DNA from: an uncultured Bacteroidota bacterium
GTDB lineage: Bacteria > Bacteroidota > Bacteroidia > UBA4408
Assembly: GCA_903840505.1 (NCBI GenBank)
Contig: CAIMGI010000014.1
Coordinates: forward strand, 1 to 59,497
DNA length: 59,497 bases
Direction: 5' to 3'
The position numbers and the translations under genes were made by a program. Below the pieces are notes generated by a model, which had not been told where the DNA came from, did not search any database, and saw nothing but the letters and a program-made list of their open reading frames with translations. Below, piece by piece: positions 38,201 to 44,652 of the stretch (position 1 is its first letter; each line of letters opens with the position of its first letter).

Positions 38201-39024
38201 ATGGTTACAACACTTGTGATTCTAGTATGGTAGCGACTCTTGCAATTACGGCAACACAATTATTAGGAAATGCTGCTCCAATAACAGGATTAGCAACTGT
38301 TTGTCAAGGACAGTCAACTGTAGTGTATACTATTCCTGCTGTGGCAAATGCAACAGGATATAACTGGACCGTTCCTACTGGTGCAACAATTGTTATTGGT
38401 GCTAATACAAACTCAATTACTGTTGACTACTCGAACTCTGCACTAAGTGGTTCTGTTACTGCATATGCAACAAACTCTTGCTTTACAGGCGCTACGGTTA
38501 GTTTATCTGTAAATGTTTTACCTTTACCTGTAGCTGCATTTCAGTACGCATTTAATGGTGGTATTGCAGGTTTTGTAAACAACTCTACTAATGGAAATAC
38601 ATATGTATGGACTTTTGGTGACGGAGCATCTGACACTGTAATGTCGCCTATCCATACCTATACAGTAAATGGTACCTATACAGTAAAACTTGTTGTAACA
38701 AACGGTTGTGGTTCCGACAGTATTACGGTAGTACTTAATGTTAACTCTGTAGGTATTTCAAACACAAGTACTATAAGCGATAACATCAACGTATTTCCAA
38801 ATCCAAGTAATGGCGTTATAAACATTCAAGTAACATCTCAATCAAGCAATGCTCAGTTGAGAATAATTGATGCTACAGGAAAAATAGTTTATAATGAAAG
38901 AATAAATACTTTGAACGGTCAGTACAATAACACTATTGACTTATCAAACAATGCAAAAGGTGTTTACTCACTTCAAATAATTACTAATAATCAAGTAATT
39001 ACTAAAAAGGTAGTATTGGATTAA
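35242..39024 (+). CDS. T9SS-sorted multidomain surface/secreted protein (NIDO-like head, CARDB-like domain, P-domain, 5 Cys-bracketed repeats, PKD, Por_Secre_tail)
   Basis: 1260 aa with a signal peptide. Domains in order:
- Head domain with IGFTFNYNGVAYTQFGINNNGWVSLG and GVAPNR.
- CARDB-like segment starting TDLAVTAL (about 36172).
- Proprotein-convertase P-domain-like block THTYISDMRMRLIAPDGS...GTWSLEMIDQFAGDIGTLNSWTLTF (about 36640-37035).
- Five ~88-aa repeats (37192-38525).
- PKD domain (WTFGDG...YTVKLVVTNGCG).
- C-terminal FPNPSNG...GVYSLQI...KKVVLD sorting domain. Confidence 0.9.
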   Translation: MKINYSTCLQKTKGMVATFIMVSTMFFSKQQVQAQVSAMNFQTIAGGYSTVVGGVTVGTATDDDNSYGANNIGFTFNYNGVAYTQFGINNNGWVSLGAGSPANSYNPISTGATNNIISAFGRDLVLGYRTTGNVTLGSTNITNVGSITGISVGVVITGTGIPVGATVVSAAGTTVTISAAATITSAGTTLNQANGEKRIETIGVAPNRVCVIQWSKARPYGQSNCNFNFQIRLSETTDYIDVVYGTMFDLGLNVNAEVGLRGSSNADFNNRVSTPSWNSSTAGGTNAAFSTLSPFAYPGVGTDYNWLIVPTDLAVTALFAPVAGTTCLSNIENISVTVKNTGSQSINFANNPALISSASTGLNPMTFPVFTINNGTLAPGATQNIIVKTNFNMSVSGVYTFTASSTMAGDGFAPNNAMPLATFTSFTPSVNAGPDVTICEGTSTNLNATANAFGVVNTTYTSNTVVNVPDGNPAGAIATVNCFGAPGIANQIVSATIDNFTHTYISDMRMRLIAPDGSSCFLILNRGGSGDNMTNTVFTTSAINPISAGVAPFTGSFIPETPFSGLTGVATGTWSLEMIDQFAGDIGTLNSWTLTFAGPNSIVSYAWSPALRLNNPAVANPIASPIVTTDYVVTVTDGNNCTKRDTVKVTVNPLPLTPAAISGLTNICEGQTNQLFVSSSTYATGYNWTVPTGATIVGNANNDSIYVDFAIGALSGNITVQGTNACGNSVTTTTLAITILPLVAPAGAISGNATVCENTTNIMYMVSAIANATGYNWTVPAGAIITAGANTTMITVDFPVGSISGNVTVAGTNSCGAGAASTFAVVVNPLPGTPGAITGSTTVCANSMNVMYMVPAIANATGYSWTVPSGAAIVAGGNTNMITVDFPFGSVSGNITVMGVNSCGNSITTSTLMVTIVDTAGAIGSITGPIAVCAGQMGVNFVVPTVTNAIGYNWSLPAGATIVAGANTNSIMVDFSNSPTSGNVTVYGYNTCDSSMVATLAITATQLLGNAAPITGLATVCQGQSTVVYTIPAVANATGYNWTVPTGATIVIGANTNSITVDYSNSALSGSVTAYATNSCFTGATVSLSVNVLPLPVAAFQYAFNGGIAGFVNNSTNGNTYVWTFGDGASDTVMSPIHTYTVNGTYTVKLVVTNGCGSDSITVVLNVNSVGISNTSTISDNINVFPNPSNGVINIQVTSQSSNAQLRIIDATGKIVYNERINTLNGQYNNTIDLSNNAKGVYSLQIITNNQVITKKVVLD
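37192..38525 (+). repeat. five tandem ~265-nt (~88-aa) coding repeats
   Basis: Unit consensus: I[ST]G-x3-[VI]C-x-[GN]Q-x5-[VM]-x5-A[TI]GY[NS]W[TS][VL]P-x-GA-x-I[VT]-x-GANT[NT]-x-I-x-VDF-x5-SG[NS][VI]TV-x-G-x-N-x-C[GD]. It is seen five times in series, diverged in sequence but colinear. Confidence 0.85.
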
Positions 39025-39048
39025 ATCCAAAAACTTCCAAATAAAAAA

Positions 39049-39073
39049 GGGGCGAAATCGCCCCTTTTTTTTT
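39049..39073 (+). terminator. rho-independent terminator
   Basis: GGGGCGA-AA-TCGCCCC hairpin followed by a 9-10 nt T run, 25 nt after the stop. Confidence 0.85.
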
Positions 39074-39093
39074 ATAAAATGCATAATTTATCC

Positions 39094-39101
39094 TACTTTT
39101 G
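39094..39101 (+). promoter_or_regulatory. Bacteroidota -7 promoter box (TAnnTTTG)
   Basis: TACTTTTG is an exact consensus match, 36 nt upstream of the ATG at 39137 and downstream of the preceding terminator. Confidence 0.45.
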
Positions 39102-39136
39102 TAGCTAGTGTTTCAAAATATATAAATCTATAAAAG

Positions 39137-41650
39137 ATGAAAAAAAATTACTTGAAGAAATTATTATTCAGTATTGGTTTAGCTTCAATCGTTAATGTTT
39201 CTGCATTTTCGCAATGCGGTTTAACGGGATTAGCTAATCTATACGCAGTATGCGATACAGCTCACTATGTATTAACAGGTATCCCCGCTGGTGGCACCTA
39301 CAGTGGACCAGGTGTTTTAAATGGCACCTTTTGCCCTACAACTGCTGGTACTGGCACACACGTTATAAGCTATTCAAACACTTCCTCTTATACATACTCT
39401 CAAGTTGGAACTTTTAATCCAATTCCCGGAGTTGGAACAGCTGTTACTTTAGGCGATGACCAGGTTTCAGCGGCTTGTCCAATTGGATTCACTTTTAATT
39501 TTTATAATACCAATTATACGCAGTTTTATATTTCATCAAATGGATTTATTGGCTTTACTGCCGGCATGCCTAATGGTTGCTGTAGTGGCGCATTTATTCC
39601 AAACGCTGGTGGGCCTAACAACTATATAGCTGCAGCTTGGGATGATTTGTACCCTCCAGGAGGAGGCTCAATTAATTATTTCACAACAGGTGTTGCACCA
39701 AACAGACAACTAGTTGTTAATTATATTAATTTACCTTGGTGTTGTGGTGGTGCTCCTCAAGTTACTTCTCAAATTGTATTAAATGAAAGCACTTCAATAA
39801 TTGAAATTCATACAACAAGAGCAAATGTTTCCCCTGCAACAATGGGTGTTGAAAATGCTACAGGTACAGTAGGAACACCAGCAACAGGAAGAAATTCGAG
39901 TGCTTGGAATATCACAAACGACTATTCAAAATTTGTTCCAGCTTGTATTACCACTGACACAGTAACGGTTAATCCATTACCAACAGTTACATTGGCTCCC
40001 TTCAATAATACATTTTGTTCTCAGGATCAACCAAGTGCCTTAACTGGCGGTAGCCCAATTGGAGGTATATATTCAGGACCAGGCGTAAATGCTGGAATGA
40101 TTGACCCTATGATAGCTGGAGCTGGTACACATGTAATAACATACTCAGTTACAGACACAAGTGGTTGTGTTAATAGCACAAGTCAAAATCTTACCATTTT
40201 GCCTGCACCAACGGTAACATTTATGGCAATGGCAAATGTATGTAAAAGCACAGCTCCTTTTTCGCTTTTTGGCGGAGTGCCTGTTGGAGGAACATATTCA
40301 GGTCCAGGTGTAAATGCTGGTATTTTTGACCCAATTGTAGCCGGTGTCGGCACACATACGATTACCTATTCATATGTTGGTTTAAATGGTTGTACAGGGT
40401 ACTCAAGCCAAACTGTTACTGTAACTACTCCAACTGTTACATTTAGTGTAATTGCGCCAATGTGCTTAAACACTCCGTCAATAGTATTAACCCAAGGAAT
40501 GCCCAACGGTGGATCATACTCTGGAATAGGAGTAGTAAATTCATTTACTTTCGACCCAATGGTATCGGGAGTTGGAACGTTTAATGTTTTGTATACATAT
40601 ACTGACAATACAGGATGTACAGATACAGCATCACAGTATATTACTGTTAATGCACTTCCGGTTGTAACATATGTACCACAAGCAGGCGTTTGTAAAAATG
40701 CATCTCCTTTTTCACTAAGCGGAGGCAGTCCATTAGGTGGAGTTTATTCAGGCATTGGTGTTTCGAACGGAATGTTTAACCCTCAAGCAGTAGGTGCTGG
40801 TCAAGTAACCTATACTTATACAGATGGAATAACAGGTTGTTCCAATAGCGACACCCAAACAATTATAATAACTCCTGTGCCGGGTGCAGCAGCAACAATA
40901 ACTGGTACGGCTACAGTTTGCCAAGGCCAAATGGGAATTATGTATTCAGTACCTGCTGTAGTAGGAGCAACCGGTTACAACTGGGTATTGCCTCCGGGAG
41001 CAACTATTTTTGCTGGTAATAATACAGATATAATTACTGTTGATTTTGCAAACAACGCAGTTTCTGGAATAATTACAGTTTCAGTAAATACAGTATGTGG
41101 AAATGGTGCATTTTCACCAAACTATTCAGTAACTGTTGACCCATTACCAATCGCAAATTTCACTTATACCACAAATGCAGGCGTTGGAATATTTAATAAT
41201 ACTTCACAATACGCAACTAGTTTTGTTTGGAACTTTGGAGATGGCAGTCCTACAAGTAATGTCATTTCACCTACACATACATTCCCTGCAAACAATATTT
41301 ATGCTGTTACTTTAACTGCAACAAACAGTTGTGGTATTGATAGTGTTTCTCAACAAGTTGTTATGGTAAGCGGTGTAGGAATTGGAGAGATATCACAAGG
41401 ACAAAAAATATCTATCTACCCTAATCCTACAACTGATTTGCTAACTATTTTATTTGAAAATAAAAACAGTAAAACCCTTGAAGTAAAACTAGTTAGTGCG
41501 GACGGAAAATTAATTTTTGCAGAACAAAACAATTCCTTTACTGGGATTTACAACAAAAATATTAGCTTAAATAATAATGCTAGAGGAATTTATTTCTTGC
41601 AAATTATTTCCGACAAACAAGTATCTATTCAAAAAGTAATACTTGATTAA
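39137..41650 (+). CDS. T9SS-sorted multidomain surface/secreted protein (NIDO-like head, GG-x-YSGPGV repeats, PKD, Por_Secre_tail)
   Basis: 837 aa with a signal peptide. Domains in order:
- One N-terminal YSGPGV module.
- Head homologous to the first paralog (IGFTFNFYNTNYTQFYISSNGFIGF, AAAWDDL, GVAPNR).
- Four ~75-aa modules (about 39968-40880) with C-x-[FL]-x-L-x-GG-x-P-x-GG-x-YSG-x-GV...G-x-G[TQ]-x3-[TY]Y-x-[YD]...GC.
- One ITG/CQGQ repeat.
- PKD domain.
- YPNPT...GIYFLQI...QKVILD tail. Confidence 0.9.
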   Translation: MKKNYLKKLLFSIGLASIVNVSAFSQCGLTGLANLYAVCDTAHYVLTGIPAGGTYSGPGVLNGTFCPTTAGTGTHVISYSNTSSYTYSQVGTFNPIPGVGTAVTLGDDQVSAACPIGFTFNFYNTNYTQFYISSNGFIGFTAGMPNGCCSGAFIPNAGGPNNYIAAAWDDLYPPGGGSINYFTTGVAPNRQLVVNYINLPWCCGGAPQVTSQIVLNESTSIIEIHTTRANVSPATMGVENATGTVGTPATGRNSSAWNITNDYSKFVPACITTDTVTVNPLPTVTLAPFNNTFCSQDQPSALTGGSPIGGIYSGPGVNAGMIDPMIAGAGTHVITYSVTDTSGCVNSTSQNLTILPAPTVTFMAMANVCKSTAPFSLFGGVPVGGTYSGPGVNAGIFDPIVAGVGTHTITYSYVGLNGCTGYSSQTVTVTTPTVTFSVIAPMCLNTPSIVLTQGMPNGGSYSGIGVVNSFTFDPMVSGVGTFNVLYTYTDNTGCTDTASQYITVNALPVVTYVPQAGVCKNASPFSLSGGSPLGGVYSGIGVSNGMFNPQAVGAGQVTYTYTDGITGCSNSDTQTIIITPVPGAAATITGTATVCQGQMGIMYSVPAVVGATGYNWVLPPGATIFAGNNTDIITVDFANNAVSGIITVSVNTVCGNGAFSPNYSVTVDPLPIANFTYTTNAGVGIFNNTSQYATSFVWNFGDGSPTSNVISPTHTFPANNIYAVTLTATNSCGIDSVSQQVVMVSGVGIGEISQGQKISIYPNPTTDLLTILFENKNSKTLEVKLVSADGKLIFAEQNNSFTGIYNKNISLNNNARGIYFLQIISDKQVSIQKVILD

Positions 41651-41669
41651 TATTATTTAAATCTTTAAA

Positions 41670-41704
41670 CAAGGGGCGAGTATGAATCTCGCCCCTTGTT
41701 TTTT
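41670..41704 (+). terminator. rho-independent terminator
   Basis: CAAGGGGCGAG-TATGAAT-CTCGCCCCTTG (11-bp stem) followed by TTTTTT. Confidence 0.85.
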
Positions 41705-41749
41705 ACTTGTTTTTTTTGTAATATTGCACGTTATTTATAAATAATCATT

Positions 41750-44554
41750 ATGAAAAAAAATTACTTAAAATCTAGTCTTTCCATATTAGGAACGATTTTT
41801 TTAATCGCATTTTCGATTAAAGCCAATGCACAGTGTGTAGTTAATGCAACTGCCGTTGCAAGTGTAAACCTTACTCCGGCAAGTAACCTTCATGTTGCCA
41901 TGAGCGTTGCTTACAACCCCATTAAGAATTTATATTATGCAGTGGGTGGTGGGAGTAGTAATTTGGTAATTGAAACATTTGATGGAACTACTGGGGCTCA
42001 AGTATCGTCTAGTGCAAATTCCGGTCACGATTGGAGAGGAATTTGGTGGAACCCTAACCTTAGTCAACTTGAAGGAAACCCTTGCAGCTCTTGCCCTTCA
42101 TTAGGAATAAGAAAACAAGATATAAATGCCGGTACCGGTTATGCATTAAGCACAGGAACAAACATAAATCCTATCGGACAACCAAATTTTCAATCCGGTG
42201 GTTGTTATAATTCTGTTTCAAATGAATATATGTATTACGACAATGGTCGAATTTATTTATACTCTGGTGTAAATGGAGCTGCTGTTAGTAATTTTGCTGT
42301 TACAGGCCTTCCTGTTGCCTTCGGAAATATTAGTGTTTACTTTTGTGGTTACTCAGGTTGTGCAGGACAAGAAATTGTTTTACACGATTTTTCATTAAAC
42401 AGAGTTTATTTAGTTAATAAAGCTAATGGGGCTTATATTGCAACCAGCATCCTTCCTGCAGGAGCACCGAACACAGGTAATTTTTACCGCGTAAGCTATG
42501 CAAATAACCGTTTGTTCCTTCACGATGGGGCTAGTACTTGGAAAAGTTACCAAGTAATTATTCCTTGTGTGAATCCTGCAGCAGCAGGACCAATAACAGG
42601 AACAGCTACCGTTTGTCAAGGACAAACAGGCGTAATGTATTCTGTTGGACCAATTGCAGGGGCAACAGGATTTAACTGGGTGGTTCCTCCGGGAGCCGTT
42701 ATAGTAGGAAATGCGAACAATGATACTATTTTTGTTGACTTTGGAAACAATGCTGTTTCGGGAAATGTTAGTGTGAATGGAACCCAATTGCAATGTTCAG
42801 GTCCTGCATCTAATTTCCCTGTTGTTGTAAACCCTTTACCACATTTTCTTGCACAAAATAATATTGTTGGACCAATTGGTGTGTGCACAGGTTTATTGGG
42901 GGCAACTTATTCAATCCCCGTATTGGCAAATGCATTGGGTTACAATTGGGTTCTTCCGGTTGGAGCAACTATTGTTGCCGGTGCAAATACAAATAGCATA
43001 ACAGTCGATTTTTCTCCAAATGCTTTTTCAGGATATATATATGTGAATGGTACTAATAACTGTGGAAACGGTGAAACAGACAGTTTATATGTTACTGTAA
43101 ATCCACTTCAGGTTGACTTAACACCTTTTGCAAACGTTTGTAGAAGTGATGCTCCTTTTACATTATTTGGAGGAAACCCTGCAGGAGCAAGTGGTGTTTT
43201 TACAGGTCCCGGTGTTACTAACAATATTTTTGATCCTATGGTTGCCGGATTAGGTACACACACAATAACCTACACATACACAAATCCAAATACAGGATGT
43301 GCAGGAGATACCTCTAATACAATAACTGTAACTGCACCAACAGTAACCTTTAATGCCCTTGCTCCTTTTTGCTTAAATACACCGGCATTAATTTTAACGC
43401 AAGGAATGCCAAATGGAGGTACATATTCCGGAATGGGAATCGTAAATGGCTACACTTTCGACCCGATGGTTGCAGGTGTTGGGTCGCACCTAATTACCTA
43501 TACTTATATGGACAATAGCGGTTGCTTTAATACAGATACAGAAACCGTAATTGTTAATGCATTACCAATTGTGACTTTTAACGCACCGCAAGCTATTTGT
43601 ATTTTAGCACCTGTTGCCTTAACAGGAGGCTCTCCTATTGGTGGAGTTTATTCGGGCATTGGTGTTTCAAACGGAATGATTAACCCACAAGTTTTTGGTG
43701 CAGGACAAGTTACTTATACTTACACTGATCCAATTTCAGGTTGTTCAAACAGTGCTACGCAAACGCTTACTATCACTAATTTACCTTTCGCACCGGGGGC
43801 AATTGTAGGGTCTTCCACAGTTTGCCAAGGTCAAATGGGAGTTGCATATTCAATCCCTGTAATTGCAAATGCTTCTGGATATAATTGGGTGCTTCCTCCG
43901 GGAGCGACAATAGCAGTTGGAGCAAATACAAATAGCATCACTGTTAACTTTTCAAATACAGCAGTATCTGGGGTTATAACGGTTGGTGGAATAAATAGTT
44001 GTGGTGATGGTGAAATGTCTCAAAATTTCGATGTAACAGTTGACCCATTGCCAATTGCGAATTTCACTTACACTACAAATGCAGGTGTTGGAACATTCAA
44101 TAACACATCGCAATATGCAACCAGTTTTGTTTGGAATTTTGGAGATGGAAGTCCTAATAGTGCTTCTGTTTCTCCGATACATGTTTTCCCCGCTAATATT
44201 ATTTATACTGTTACCCTAACTGCGACAAACAGTTGTGGCGTTGATAGTATTTCTCAACAAGTTGTTATGGTAAGTGGTGTAGGAATTGGAGAACAATCAC
44301 AAGAACAAAAAATATCTGTTTATCCTAATCCTACAAGTGATTTATTAACTATTTTATTTGAAAATAAACACAGTAAAACCCTTGAAGTAAAATTAGTGAG
44401 TGCAGATGGTAAATTAATTTTTATTGATCAAAATAATTCTTTTACAGGAACTTACAACAAAAATATTAGCTTAAATAATAATGCTAGAGGAATTTATTTC
44501 TTGCAAATTATTTCCGACAAACAAGTATCTATTCAAAAAGTAATACTTGAGTAA
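41750..44554 (+). CDS. T9SS-sorted multidomain surface/secreted protein (orphan head, ITG/CQGQ repeats, YSGPGV modules, PKD, Por_Secre_tail)
   Basis: 934 aa with a signal peptide. The ~270-aa N-terminal domain has no similarity to the other three heads. It is followed by two ITG/CxGQ repeats, three YSG modules (about 43098-43790), one more ITG repeat, a PKD domain and a CTD. The C-terminal ~180 aa are about 90% identical to the previous paralog. Confidence 0.9.
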   Translation: MKKNYLKSSLSILGTIFLIAFSIKANAQCVVNATAVASVNLTPASNLHVAMSVAYNPIKNLYYAVGGGSSNLVIETFDGTTGAQVSSSANSGHDWRGIWWNPNLSQLEGNPCSSCPSLGIRKQDINAGTGYALSTGTNINPIGQPNFQSGGCYNSVSNEYMYYDNGRIYLYSGVNGAAVSNFAVTGLPVAFGNISVYFCGYSGCAGQEIVLHDFSLNRVYLVNKANGAYIATSILPAGAPNTGNFYRVSYANNRLFLHDGASTWKSYQVIIPCVNPAAAGPITGTATVCQGQTGVMYSVGPIAGATGFNWVVPPGAVIVGNANNDTIFVDFGNNAVSGNVSVNGTQLQCSGPASNFPVVVNPLPHFLAQNNIVGPIGVCTGLLGATYSIPVLANALGYNWVLPVGATIVAGANTNSITVDFSPNAFSGYIYVNGTNNCGNGETDSLYVTVNPLQVDLTPFANVCRSDAPFTLFGGNPAGASGVFTGPGVTNNIFDPMVAGLGTHTITYTYTNPNTGCAGDTSNTITVTAPTVTFNALAPFCLNTPALILTQGMPNGGTYSGMGIVNGYTFDPMVAGVGSHLITYTYMDNSGCFNTDTETVIVNALPIVTFNAPQAICILAPVALTGGSPIGGVYSGIGVSNGMINPQVFGAGQVTYTYTDPISGCSNSATQTLTITNLPFAPGAIVGSSTVCQGQMGVAYSIPVIANASGYNWVLPPGATIAVGANTNSITVNFSNTAVSGVITVGGINSCGDGEMSQNFDVTVDPLPIANFTYTTNAGVGTFNNTSQYATSFVWNFGDGSPNSASVSPIHVFPANIIYTVTLTATNSCGVDSISQQVVMVSGVGIGEQSQEQKISVYPNPTSDLLTILFENKHSKTLEVKLVSADGKLIFIDQNNSFTGTYNKNISLNNNARGIYFLQIISDKQVSIQKVILE

Positions 44555-44578
44555 TTTTATTTGATAAATTTTTAAAAA

Positions 44579-44610
44579 GGGGCGAGGTTTACACTCGCCC
44601 CTTTTTTTTT
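44579..44610 (+). terminator. rho-independent terminator
   Basis: GGGGCGAG-GTTTACA-CTCGCCCC followed by a 9-nt T run. Confidence 0.85.
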
Positions 44611-44652
44611 AAAATTATTTGTTGTAATATTGCTTTTAATAAACTTATCAAT

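Noticed and set aside
39137-39151. A8 homopolymer immediately after the ATG of T9SS genes 2 and 3 (ATGAAAAAAAATTAC, also at 41750) as a slipped-strand phase-variation switch.
   Set aside because: It simply encodes the common MKKN signal-peptide start in an AT-rich genome. Eight A residues is short for efficient slippage, and the CotH gene and several other exported proteins in this window start in a similar way.
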